Shown: positions 12,957 to 24,578 of the stretch, piece by piece | How positions within the stretch are numbered: position 1 is the stretch's first letter | Layout of the letters: every line of letters starts with the position of its first letter | Source of the DNA: Mobula hypostoma | Taxonomy: Eukaryota | Direction of reading: 5' to 3' | Assembly: GCF_963921235.1 (NCBI RefSeq) | Contig: NC_086108.1 | Coordinates: 45,882,001-45,946,000 of the forward strand | Length of the DNA: 64,000 nt | The notes under the pieces: model-generated | The model's database searches: none | Told to the model about the DNA's origin: nothing | The model's input: only the letters and a program-made list of their open reading frames with translations | Position numbers and translations under genes: made by a program

Positions 12957-13757
12957 CAGGTGTCCCCAGCCTTTTTTGTTCCGCGGACCGGTTTAATATT
13001 GACAATATTCTTGCGGACCGGCCGACCGGGGGATGGGGGGGGTGGTGGGGGATGCTCAAGTAGGGTTAAGCTCACCTCAACATGTCTTTTACAGTTAGGG
13101 TTGTCAACTTTCTCACTCCTAAACAAGGGACAAAAGTAGCTTTTAAATCCTGGGACAGTTTACCCCATGAAAGACTACCATGACCATGAAGCATTGCATG
13201 GGCACCTGTGTGCGCATGCACGTACGTGCCAATCTTTTCCCCCCACAAATCGGTTTTGCCTTCATCTTCCCGACTACACTGTACATACATTATTTCTACT
13301 TTATATAGACTGTGTATTTATCATATCATTCCTGCTTTTACTATATATTAGTGTTATTTTCGGTTTTATGTGTTATTTGGTATGATTTGGTAGGTTATTT
13401 TTTGGGTCTGGGAATGCTCAAAAATTTTTCCCACATTAATGGTAATTGCTTCTTCGCTTTACGCCATTTCGGCACAAAAGGTTTCATAGGAACGCTCTAC
13501 CTTAGCATGGGAAATAATGGGACAAGGGCAGTCCCGTATAGGACAAACCAATTAAGCCCAATATACGGGATGTCCCAGCAAATACGGGACAGTTGGCAAC
13601 CCTATGTTCAAGTTCAACAATGTGTGACAGGGAATGAGGAAAGGTGCAGCTGACTTGTACCGTTTCATATCGCCAAATCGTATCGTTTCCTAGCGGCCCG
13701 GTAGCACATGCTTTGCGGCCTGGTACCGGTCCGCTGCCCAGTGGTTGGGGACCGCTG
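12957..13757. mobile_element. Non-autonomous hAT (Charlie-like) element
   Basis: TIRs CAGGTGTCCCCAGCC / GGTTGGGGACCGCTG; perfect 8-bp TSD CTCTACCT (12949-12956 / 13758-13765). Confidence 0.9.
13061..13604. mobile_element. hAT (Blackjack-like) element nested in the Charlie-like element
   Basis: TAGGGTT...GTTGGCAACCCTA ends; 8-bp TSD TGCTCAAG / TGTTCAAG (7 of 8 match); second left TIR TAGGGTTGTCAAC at 13096. Confidence 0.72.
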
Positions 13758-15515
13758 CTCTACCTCCCTGTGTAACTGGATTGTTGACTTCCTAACCAGA
13801 AGACCGCAATCTGTGCAAATTGGAAGTAACATCTCCACCTCGCTGGCAATCAACACTGGTGCACCTCAGGGGTGTGTGCTTAGCCCACTGCTTCACTCTC
13901 TCTGTACCTATGACTGTGTGGCTAGGCATAACTCAAATACCATTTATACATTTGCTAATGATGCGTCCATTATTGGCAGAATTTCAGATGCTGTCGAAAG
14001 GGTGTACCAGGAGCGAAATATACCAGTTAGTCAAGTGGTGCTGCAGCAACAACCTTGCATTCAACGTCAGTAAGACAAAAGAGCTGATTGTGGACTTCAG
14101 GAAGGGTAAAACAAGGGAACACAAACCAATCCACGTAGAGTGATCAGAAGTGGAGATAGTGAGCAATTTCAACTTCCTGGGTGTCAGTGTCTCTGAGGGC
14201 CTAACCTGGCTGCAACACATTGATGCAGTTATAAAGAAGACAAGACTGGCTATATTTCAATAGGAGTTTGAGGAAATTTGGTTTGTCAATTAAAACACTT
14301 GAAAACTTCTACAAGTGTACCGTGGAGAGCATTCTGACAGGCTATGTCACTGTCTGGTTGGGGAAGGGGTGGTTGGGGGGAGGCTACTATACGAGATCAA
14401 AATAAGTTGCAGAAACTTATAAAATTAGTCAGGTCCATCATGGGCACCAGCCTCCATAGTATCCAAGATACCTTCAAGGATGGTACCTTAGGAAGGTGGC
14501 ATCCATCATTAAGGATTCCCACCACCCAGGGTATGCCCTCGTCACACTGTTACTTGCGGGAAGGAGGTACAGAAGCCTGAAAACACAGACTCTGCGATTC
14601 GGGAACAACTTCTTCTCCTCTGTCATCCAATTTCTAAATGGACATTGGGCCCATGAACACTACCTTACTACTTTTTTATTTCTATTAACTTATTTTAACT
14701 TAAGTATTATATACATACACACACTGTAATTCAGTTTTTCTCTATATTTATTTATCATGTATTTCATCGTCCTGCTGCCATAAAGTTCACAACTTTCACA
14801 ACATATGCCGGTGATATTAAATCAGAGTCTGTTTTTTTTTAATTTCACCTCTCCAGGACATGCTTGACTGTGATTCTTAAACCAAGAGACTGAGCTGTTG
14901 GGGCACAACGCTCGCTTTGGAACAGCAAAGTTACAGCGTGTTTATCAGTTGAGTAAAATGCAGCTGGCAGTGATCATTCTTCAATCCTGTCAGCCTCTCC
15001 AAAACTGCAGTGACCTACAATGCTGGCCCATTTGGCAGTCATGATAGCTGCAGCCTTAAACCTGTTGCTACTCAATGCAGGTGAGCTAGCTGCAGTGCGG
15101 ACATCGGTAGTGGTGTTAGTACCTTGATGAGCAGTTAAGTGTGTGTGTGTGTAGGGTCCTTTAGTTTGTTAGGCATATAGGTCTGCAGGAAACAGATCAT
15201 TTTACTGTTTTATGACCTGTGATGTGTAGATCAGTGATGTTGCAACAAAATGCAATTACATTGTTAGTTAATGAGGAAACATTTAACACATCTATGCACA
15301 TAAATATATTAGTTTACAATTGGGGGGTGTGTGTGTGTGCGTGCGCGCGAGTTGCTCAGCAATCTTATAAAGGAGAAAACTGTCTTCAACAAGTGCACTC
15401 TCCACCAGTTTATCTCCATCAGGATGTAAGTTAATTATTAAACTTCTGGATGTTTTCACTTACCAAAGTTGCTGGTGAACGCAGCAGGCCAGGCAGCATC
15501 TCTAGGAAGAGGTAC

Positions 15516-15551
15516 AGTCGACGTTTCGGGCCGAGACCCTTCGTCAGGACT
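15516..15551 (-). ncRNA. Minimal type I hammerhead ribozyme motif (PLE-associated), antisense to LRP8
   Basis: Minus strand reads AGUC-CUGACGA-A-GGGU(CUCG)GCCC-GAAA-C-GUC^GACU. Confidence 0.8.
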
Positions 15552-16141
15552 AACTGAAGGAAGAGTGAGTAAGGGATTTGAAAGTGGGAGGGGGAGAGGG
15601 AGATCCAAAATGATAGGAGAAGACAGGAGGGGGAGGGATGGAGCCAAGAGCTGGACAGGTGATAGGCAAAAGGGATATGAGAGGATCATGGGACAGGAGG
15701 TCCGGGAAGAAAGACGGGGGGGGGGGGAACCCAGAGGATGGGCAAGGGGTATATTCAGAGGGACAGAGGGAGAAAAAGGAGAGTGAGAGAAAGAATGTGT
15801 GTATATAAATAAATAACGGACTTCTCTAACTTCCGCTAATGCCCCACCTCCCCCTCGTACCCCAGCCGTTATTTATTTATATACACACATTCTTTCTCTT
15901 TCTCTCTCTTCCTTTTTCCCCCTCTGCCCTCTCACTATACCCCTTGCCCATCCTCTGGGTTTTCCCCCCCTCCCCCTTTCTTTCTCCCTGGGCCTCCTGT
16001 CCCATGATCCTCTCATATCCCTTTTGCCAATCACCTGTCCAGCTCTTGGCTCCATCCCTTCCCCTCCTGTCTTCTCCTATCATTTTGGATCTCTCCCTCC
16101 CCCTCCCACTTTCGAATCTCTTACTCACTCTTCCTTCAGTT

Positions 16142-16177
16142 AGTCCTGACGAAGGGTCTCGGCCTGAAACGTCGACT
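16142..16177 (+). ncRNA. Minimal type I hammerhead ribozyme motif, sense to LRP8
   Basis: AGUC-CUGACGA-A-GGGUCUCGGCCU-GAAA-C-GUC^GACU; predicted cleavage after 16173. Confidence 0.8.
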
Positions 16178-16727
16178 GTACCTCTTCCTAGAGATGCTGC
16201 CTGGCCTGCTGTGTTCACCAGCAACTCTGATGTGTGTTGCTTGAATTTCCAACATCAGCAGAATTCCTCGTGGATGTTTTCACTTCCCTCTTTCTTGTTT
16301 ATTGTTTATGCCTAACTCCAAGAGCCGTACAGCACAAGTGCAGACCCTTTGGCCTGATTTCTTACAACATCTCTGGTGCTCCTTTGCACTTTGTCAATGA
16401 CTGAACATCTCGCATAAGGTAAATATTGGAAGTAAATTTGTGTCAAAACCTTTCATCAGAACTAAAGGAAGCTGATTGACCTTGTAATATTAATTTTCTC
16501 CATATACAGTGCCCTGTCTACTGAGTATTTTAAATAATTTCTTTTCCCAATCTTCATAACCTTCATAAAAAAAGTAACAGTATTTGTCTTTATGTTCATA
16601 GTGTCCTCCAAGCTACGTATTTATTTTGTGTTCAAGTTACACATTTGGCATATCATTAAGTTAAGTCATTCTATGTACACTTGAGGTCTCCAACTGTTTG
16701 CAGGGCTGTTATGCAGAACACAGCCTC

Positions 16728-17520
16728 TCAGTATACAGTGATGGCAGAACCTTCGATTGCACTGCTTCCCCACAATGCCTTTGTGTTAGCTGAGCCCAAC
16801 ATCAGTGCAGCCTTTAGCATGTCCTCCTTCAGCCTGGAACGCACCAGGTAGCAACATTCACCTGTTGTACTGGGGAACCTGCAAGTTTTGGGTTGATCAA
16901 AGTGCATTTTTTTTTTGCTGAGCTGATGATCTTCCAGCAGCACCTGATGTTTGTCTTGGCGTGCACCCCTCAAAGCAGCTCTTGTACCAGAAAGTCTTCT
17001 GTTATGCAGCTGCTGGAGACAAAGCTTGACCTTTGCCAGACCTTCTCTTCAAGGCACAATCTACAAAGAGCTTGATCTCTCCCTGATTGCAGCCATCACG
17101 AAGATGATGTATGAGATTGACTGGGGGAAGGACCTGATGGGGAATGCTTCTCTTGCAGCCAGCACACTGAGAGTACCTTGCGCCTGATGACCAGGGTCTT
17201 GCCTGTCTTCAAGAGGAAGCTCTGTTCCCATTTTCCCTACTTTATTTTGAACTTGTTGATCTCATCCAGCTAGTTTTTATGTTTCACCCAGATCCCTAAC
17301 ATCTTCATATAGTCAGACTTGGCATTGAAAGGAATGGAGGATTGATTGGACCAGTTGCCATAATGCATGGCCTTGTACTTCTTGCAGTGACTCAAGTTGT
17401 TGAGGTAAATCGGTTGCAGATACTAATCTGTAAACTTAATGAGGATCTGAGCAGAAGATGACGACATTGTCCATGTACAAGCTGGCTTTGATCTGAGAAC
17501 TTGCACTTTATCCTTCATGC
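16728..17520 (-). mobile_element. L1/Tx1-like LINE ORF2 3' remnant
   Basis: Minus-strand peptide ECCYLVRSRLKEDMLKAALMLGSANTKALWG resembles the C-terminus of fish Tx1-type ORF2; upstream boundary approximate. Confidence 0.6.
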
Positions 17521-17576
17521 CTGTATCTTTCCTGACAGATTCAACAGACAGTTCTACACAATTCACAATTAAAACA

Positions 17577-18730
17577 TGAATCTTGCAATGCATTGTGCCT
17601 GGTATGGCTCTTTACGAAAACTCTATTAAAATGCAAATCCAGTTTAGAAATATCTGCCAGCAGTAATGTATGCCAGTGTTAGACAGTGACAATGTTGTCC
17701 CTGTCAGTATTGTATCCCAGAGAAATACAGTGAATTACAGACAGACACAGGAATATCCTGCAACCCTGATGAAGAAGCTTGATGAATCTGTTTCCTGCCT
17801 GATAATTTGGACTACTGATGTTTGTGAATAATAGTTTGATGCAATTCCTGATTCCCTTCCCAAAACCTTCGAGGCCAAGTTGGAAAATATACCCATCATT
17901 AGTTCACTACCCCGCCATCTGCCCACCCCTTGTCTTACAATGTTAGATTTAGTGCCTGCAGTACTTTGTGTTACAACATCTCCAAGCATATTTTGAAAAG
18001 CATTTCAGCCTCTGCCTAATGATGATTTTAATCGGAATAGTCTATTCAAAAGTCAACAGGAACAAGGACTCTGAGCCCCTGAAGCAGAGAAACTCTAAAA
18101 ACTGTGTTCTAGGCCATTTCAGAGAATAAAATGACATTGAATCTGCCTGAATTTTTTGAACTAGTTTAATGCTTTGTTCTGGATAAGCGAACTTTTCTGT
18201 TGTGTATTTAATACTTAAGTAATATTTGAGGAATCTTGTATATATGTATTGGTTGGTTAAGCATTCTTTTGTTTAAATGATTCATTGCAGGTTAAATGTA
18301 TGTATATATGAATTGCATACGTCCTCACTAGGTGATATGTGCACACCCCACTTAAACACAAAGTTAGACACACATTTTGGACTCCCATGTCTTCCTTTGA
18401 ATTAGTTTAATGTTTTGAAGTTACAAAGCATAACACGTTCCCATTCCTGAGCTGCATTTCCCAGCTCGATAACAGTAAATCCCTTTAGTTCACTACACCT
18501 GCCTGTCTCAGACACAAGGACAGTCTGGAGGCAGGCTGAGCCCCAAATGGTTACTCAGTGAATCTTGCAATGCATTGTGCTTGGTGTGTCTCTTTACGAA
18601 AGCTCTATTAAAATGCAAATCCAGTTTAGAAATGTTTTCCCAGCAGTAGTGTATCCTAGTGTTAAACATTGACAATGCTGTCTGTCCCTGTCAGTACCAT
18701 ATCCCATAGAAATACAGTGAAATACAGACA
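17577..18730 (+). repeat. Direct repeat pair of about 170 bp (17577-17743 and 18559-18730)
   Basis: Both begin TGAATCTTGCAATGCATTGTGC, share CTCTATTAAAATGCAAATCCAGTTTAGAAAT and end AGAAATACAGTGAA(T/A)TACAGACA. Confidence 0.9.
18198..18435 (+). mobile_element. Solo LTR (238 bp) of a second Gypsy family
   Basis: TGTTGTG...CATAACA ends; homologous to the reverse complement of 61226-61452, which is attached to a PPT and a pol C-terminus. Confidence 0.75.
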
Positions 18731-18841
18731 TTTCCCACCGTTAGTTATAACCTGTTGTTGGAGAGACTAACGTGTACCTGTCAGTACCCTTATACCAGTA
18801 ATGCTGGAGACCCTGCACATATCAATACTGTGCTGCACTGT

Positions 18842-19285
18842 TACACACTCGATGGTATTTTATCAGGTGCCTGCTGTACCTAATAAAGAGGCCACTGGGT
18901 GTATGTTCCTGCAGCAGCCCATCCATTTCAAGACTTGTTGTGTTGTGTGTTCAGAGATGCTGTTCTGTATATCACTGTTGTAACGCACGGGTATTTGAGT
19001 TACCATCGCCTTCCCGTCAGCTTGAACCAGTCTGGCCATTCTCCTCTGACCTCTCTCATTACCGGGGTGTTTTCACCCACAGTACTGCCACTCATGTGAT
19101 TTTTTTTTTTGTTGTTTTTTTCAAACTCACTTCAATCACATTTCTTCCCATCCTGATGTATCACCTGAACAACAACTGAACCTCTTGACCATGTCTGCGT
19201 ACTTTTATGCATTGAGTTGCTGCCACATGATTGGCTGATCAGGTATTTGCATTAATGAGCAGGTGTACCAAATAAAGTGAATGTA
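18842..19285. mobile_element. Degenerate Tc1-like MITE
   Basis: Repeated GTACC(T/A)AATAAAG(A/T)G motifs near both ends and a TACACACTC start; boundaries approximate. Confidence 0.45.
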
Positions 19286-19326
19286 TATTGACAGAACTTG
19301 TCCACTATTAGCATACCTTAATGTGT

Positions 19327-19630
19327 GGGCACGTGGCCAAGTGGTTAAGGCATTGGACTAGCGATCTGAAGGTTGTGAGTTCGATCCCCAGCTGAGGTAG
19401 TGTGTTGTGTCCGTGAACAAGGCACTTAACCACACTGTGCTCTGCGACGACACTGGTGCCGAGCTGTATCGGCCCTTGCCCTTCCCTTGGACAACATCGG
19501 TGTCGTGGAGAGGGGAGACTTGCAGCACGGGCAACTGCCGGTCTTCCATACAACTTTGCCTAGGCCTGCGCCCTGGAGAGTGAAGACTTTCCAGGTGCAG
19601 ATCCACGGTCTCACAAGACTAACGGATGCC
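19327..19630 (+). mobile_element. tRNA-derived SINE
   Basis: Pol III A box TGGCCAAGTGG and B box GAGTTCGATCC in a tRNA-like head, followed by a non-tRNA body and a T-run. Confidence 0.8.
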
Positions 19631-19809
19631 TTTTTTTTTAATGCCATAGAGACAGACTCATATCCATCAGTTTTGTATCCCGGCATTACACAGTGACAAA
19701 TCAGTGGCCACTTGTAGTATACCCCATTATGGGCTAGAGCTAAACCAATAGGTGGAAATGTACCCTATTGTTGTATAGCAACTGACCTGTGATCACCAGA
19801 ACTATGAGC

Positions 19810-20750
19810 AGAAGAGGAAATGCTGGAAGAACACGATGGGTCAAGCAGCCTCTGTGCAGGCAAAGGGATATTCAATGGCTCAGGTTAAGACTCTGCTGTG
19901 GACTGAGTGTGTAGAGGGAAAGACGAGACATTGGCTGATTAGGTGATCGATGGAACCGGAGATATGCCCACCAGTAGAGATCCCCCTGTTGTAGAAACTA
20001 CACACCCATCAGCAATGTGTGTTTTTGAAATTTCAGTTCCATTTCCCATTCCCACACTGTCCTCTGCCTTCTCCACTGCCTCAATGAAGTAGGCTGGAAG
20101 AAGAATACCTTATAATCTACTTTGCTTGCCTGAAATCCACTGGTGTATACATTGAATTTTCCAGCTTCAGGTAATTTATTGCCCCTCTATTCTATTCCTT
20201 TTCCATTCCCACCAGTCCATCAGAGAGGGGTTCTGTCTCTACCTTGGTTCACATTTTTCTGTCCCCATCCCTTCCCGTCTGTCTTTCTCCCACCTGGCTC
20301 CACCTGTCCATCACCCACATATCAATCCAAATGTTTCTCCTCTCTGTGTTTTCTCTTCCCCACCCCCCCATCTACTCATCACCACTGCCTTATCTAGTTC
20401 AACCTATCACGTGCCCTGTGTCTGTATCCTCTGCCTGCCCTCAATCACAGTTCCTAATATTCTCCAAGATTCCTCCCCACCCTTATCCATTTCCACCTAT
20501 CAGCCTCTGTCTGAATTTCCCCAATGACTATGGAGCTCCATTTTGTCTATCATCTGCTCCTCATCTGGTTCCACCATCACCTACCCATCTCTGTCACCCC
20601 TCTCCCTCACATTTAGTTCTGGCTATCTTCCCTCTAACCTTCAGTCTTGATGTAGGCACTCTTCAAGCAATGTCAACTCTTCCTTTGCCTCCACAGGTGA
20701 GTTCAGTTTGTTTGTACCCTTTGCTCGGGATCTCAGCATCTACAGTCTCT
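19810..20750. mobile_element. Old PLE remnants (short - arm, then longer + copy)
   Basis: Degenerate PLE tail motifs (GAAATGCTGGAAGAAC / CTCAGCATCTACAG) and a pyrimidine-rich 3' UTR-like tract. Confidence 0.55.
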
Positions 20751-22643
20751 GAGACAGCAGAACTCTACCTGTTATTCTCCATCCTGTGCTATGTAATGGA
20801 AAGAGATTACCAGGTTACAGAGAAAAAGGTTCAAGGATGTGTTCGAAGTCTCCTGGATAAAATGCAAAATGGCAGTAGCAAGGAGAGAACATGGCTTTGG
20901 ATGCTGGATGCTGCTTTCTTGTGCCAGTGTTCGTTGTAAAGTGACCAAATAGAGAAGGAATATTTGAGAGCTTTATGTTCATGCATTGGCAGCACGCAGA
21001 AGCTCTGTGTAGTTGGGGGAAGAAGTGATCCACCTTATAAACTGTTCTAATACCTGCCACAGGCCACGCTGTGGGAGAGTTTGTGGTTTCCATATTAGCC
21101 TCATCAGCCACTTCAGATCCCACAATGTCAGAGTGGGAGTAAGTCAATGACAGGTCTGATTTGACTAGCACAGTGCAGCTAGATTTGGAGCTTTATATTG
21201 ATGATCTTCAGTTTTTTGCTTTTTTTTTCATATGGCTGATTGGCGGGTGGGTGACCTGTTAGTTTTTTTTGTGTGTGAGGTAGGATTTGGGGGTTTGATG
21301 TTACTGTTACTCTTTGTTTCTGTGAGTGAGGTGGTCGGAGATTGTTATTGTCACTTTTTTTCTGCAGGGGAAGGTTGGGGATTGTTATTGTCCCTGTTTT
21401 TTCCTGCAGGGGAGGGGTAGGGAAGTTGATGCTATTGTCACTTTTTTTTCTACAGGGGAGGGATTGTGGGATTTTGGGGCTTGCAAATTTTGTATCTTTT
21501 TCTTTTTGGTGCTGTGGGTGTTAATTGGTGTTTTTTTTTAACAACTCCCTTGGTCCTCTGTATGTAATGGCTATCTGGAGAAGGCAAGTATACAAGTTGT
21601 ATTGTATTTGACAGTAAAATAAACCTTTGAACCTTTGGAGCTAGAAGTGGATCTTGATGTGGGACCTGGGGTTCTGATATGGTCCCCAGATAACCTGGCC
21701 TCAGAGGAATGTGAGAGGAATCCTGTCTGCAACCATATTCTTCACAGCACTTATCCTAACCCCCGCCTGATGATGCCAGGCTGCACCTCCTTTAAAGAGT
21801 TGTGGCTGTCCGTTGTCTCCAGGAATTGCTGGTGTGGTCGGCTGATGGAAGGGGCTGCTTGCTTGATGAGTGATCAGATATAGCAGACTTGTACTACTTC
21901 AATAGCAAGACACTTATGACTTGTCGCCCACAAGTCAGGCCTCGTATGCTTGCATAAGTAACTGGCAAAGCATTAAGCTGTAACTGACTCTTACTGTGGA
22001 TGGGCCAGCATGGACTATGTAGCCCAAGGATCTTCGACATATCCCTAGATCAGGCTGTCCACCTACTGTTCACCAGTTAGTGTGCTTAGGCCTGTAATCT
22101 TTTGGTATGTGGGTGCAGCTGGTCCCTGTATAGAACTTGATAGTTATCCATAATAGGAACAAATGTTATTGAATTTATTATAAAGTTATCCAGTCCCTTG
22201 TTTTGAGCCAGTGGAAATGTTACCTAGTCTGATTAAGTTTAAGTTAGAGCTCTGGAGGAGAAAAAGTAACTGATTACTGATCTTGCAGTTTATTGGAAAG
22301 TTTTCCTGCTTTGGAATATTGCCCAGACATAAATGCTATTTTTTTTGGAGAAAGTTTGTGCAAAGTGCCAGTAGTTTACAACAATGTTGCAAACTCCATT
22401 GGCTACTTGTACCTATTAAATAAATGTCCATTCATCAGGGAATTCTTCAGAAGCTGTACCTGTCAAACCTGAAACTTGGGCTGATACATGTCCTTTCCCC
22501 CAATGAATATTTAAATGAAGTATCTGCCTGCTTTTTGTGCATATGAAACAGTGGAAAATTTGCCAGAATTTTGGTTTAATGAATGCTCAATTTGGTTTTT
22601 ATTTTCATGGTGCTAACTGTTGGATATTCTGCTTACCAAACAG

Positions 22644-22766
22644 CTAAGAACACTTGTGCCGCAACGCATTTTACCTGTGACAATGGAGAATGCATCTCGG
22701 GGAACTGGCGCTGTGACGGAGAAGAAGAATGTACAGATGGTTCAGATGAGGCAGATAAATTGTGCA
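22644..22766 (+). CDS. LRP8: LRP8 exon, LDLa repeat (LA2 equivalent), 123 nt, phase 1-1
   Basis: cag|CTAAG...TGCA|gtgagt; translates [40 protein letters not shown]. Confidence 0.93.
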
Positions 22767-23769
22767 GTGAGTAACATATTTAAAGAGACTTTTATTGAAT
22801 TATGCCACAATTTGGAAAAAAAAATGACATTGTGTTAAACATCAAGATAGCTGGTTGTCTCTGTGAATTCATGCTCATTTTTTAACTATTAAATAGAGGG
22901 AAGTTTGAGTAAATATCTAGTAGAATTCATTTCTTAATAACACTTGGGTATGGTGGGAGTCAAAGCTTGTGAATATCAGTGTTGCATGTGAGCCAAAACA
23001 ATACATGTCGTGGTATTATGGTTGAAGCTGTTCCTGTCCTTGTCTATTTTCCATCTGTGTACAAGATATAAAATGAGCAGGAAATTCCCAAAATAGCATC
23101 ACTGTTACAGGTCACTGATCCTTAGAAATGTTTTCATCTGTTTCCAGATGTTGGAAATTTGAGACCAGTTTTTGCTTCAGTTCCAATATGATTTGCTGAC
23201 CAGGAGTGCATGCCCTTGCTGCAGTTTTCCTTCTAGCCAGCTGTGCAGGTGTAGTGATGGTTTGAATTATCTTATTCTGTGTAGGGAATCAGCTCTGGGA
23301 CTTCCCTGGTTTATATGGCTCAGCCTGACTCTTGGATGAATATTTTCAGTGTGAATTATGAAGTGGAGCTAAAATTTGTTGATCTTAGTGATCTGTATCG
23401 AGTAATAAGAAACATTGTTGGAGGGTAAGGACAGGTGGTTAAAGAACCTTTTGTCCTGTGGATTTTTTTGTGTAAGGCCCATCCTCTTGTCTGTTTCAGT
23501 GAAAGCGAACATTGTGACTTGGAGTTTGGCCTCAAGGGCATATCATTAGAAGCACTGACAATGTACTGCAGTCTGACAACTGAGGTTCAGATGAACTTGA
23601 GTCCAGAATGTAGTTGCTGTGGGTCGACACTTTCATGTTAGTTCTGATCCTGTGGCAGGATTGTTAATGAGGTGCAGAATGAATAGGGGGATACAAGTGT
23701 AAAGGCAATGATAGAGCTTTGTTTGACCCCAGTCTTCACTGAGGTTCGCTCTATTGTAGACTCGTTGTT

Positions 23770-24100
23770 TACAGCCCAGCATTGTGTGGCTAGGCACAGC
23801 TCAAACGGTATTTATAAATTTGACAATGACACAACTTTTGTTGGTGGGATCTCAAGGAGGCATGCAGGAGGGAGATCGTTCAGGTGGAGTAGTGGTGTTG
23901 CAACAACAGGCTTGCACAGTGTCAGTAGGACCAAGTAGGCCAGTAGGACTTTTTACTTTTACTTATTTAACTTTTATTTAATATATACATCGTAATTTAT
24001 AGTTGTTTTTTATTATTATGTATTGCAATGTACTGCTGCCACAAAACAACAAATTTCACGACATTTGCCAGTGATACTTAACCTGATTCTGATTCTGAAT
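23770..24100 (+). mobile_element. Rex1-like LINE fragment with (CTGATT)n tail
   Basis: CVARHSSNGIYKFDNDTT; tail AACCTGATTCTGATTCTGA. Confidence 0.7.
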
Positions 24101-24279
24101 CGTGTCTTGTGTAGCATTGTAAAGGATGTACAAGACGGAGGAAAATTTCTGTTGGTAGCCTACTTTGAGAAGAATGCTCTACAGTCCCTTGGACTAATCG
24201 AGTGAATGGCTTTAGCAAGGTCAATAAATCTCCTCCCTGTATGTGCGGTGAAGATCGTGTCAGCTGTGCTATGACATGG

Positions 24280-24578
24280 ACATTATCACCTCCCCTTGGA
24301 ACCCCTCCTTCTTCCCTTTAACCCATGGTCCACTCTCCTCTCCCATCAGATTCCTTCTTCTCCTGCCCTTTATCCTTCCCGCCCACCTGGTTTCACGTGT
24401 CACCTTCTAGCTAGTCCTTTTCCCCCTCCTTCTCTGTTTTATTCTGGCATCTTCCCCCTTGCTTTCCAGTCCTGAAGAGGGGCCTCAGCTTGAAATGCTG
24501 TCCTGACCTGCTGAGTTCCTGCAGTAGTTTGTGTGTGTTGCTCTAGATTTCCAGCATCTGGTAAATCTCCTGTGTTCT
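24280..24578 (+). mobile_element. PLE 3' end fragment with degenerate hammerhead
   Basis: AGTCCTGAAGAGGGG...TGAAATGCTG, followed by CCTGCTGAGTTCC...TTTCCAGCATCTG tail. Confidence 0.7.

Larger units (their letters stand above)
10400..14830 (+). mobile_element. Rex1/Babar-like LINE 3' portion, split by two DNA-transposon insertions
   Basis: RT text is continuous across the inserts: TYVRMLFIDCSS (10413-10455), then a short piece at 12900-12956, then [17 protein letters not shown]...[12 protein letters not shown]...[19 protein letters not shown] from 13758. Confidence 0.85.
15462..16270. mobile_element. Penelope-like element (PLE) 3' end with inverted partial duplicate, 15-bp TSD
   Basis: Arms 15465-15819 (-) and 15866-16228 (+) are near-identical reverse complements; flanked by TGGATGTTTTCACTT at 15447-15461 and 16271-16285. 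Confidence 0.88.

Noticed and set aside
15456..16315. Four similar ORFs that look like a duplicated gene
   Set aside because: They are translations of the two arms of the inverted PLE repeat.
19327..19400. tRNA gene
   Set aside because: A and B boxes are present, but there is no proper acceptor-stem closure and the sequence continues into a SINE body.
20244..20939. 231-aa Pro/Ser/Leu-rich ORF
   Set aside because: It is a translation of a pyrimidine-rich, decayed PLE 3' UTR and lacks stops because of base composition.
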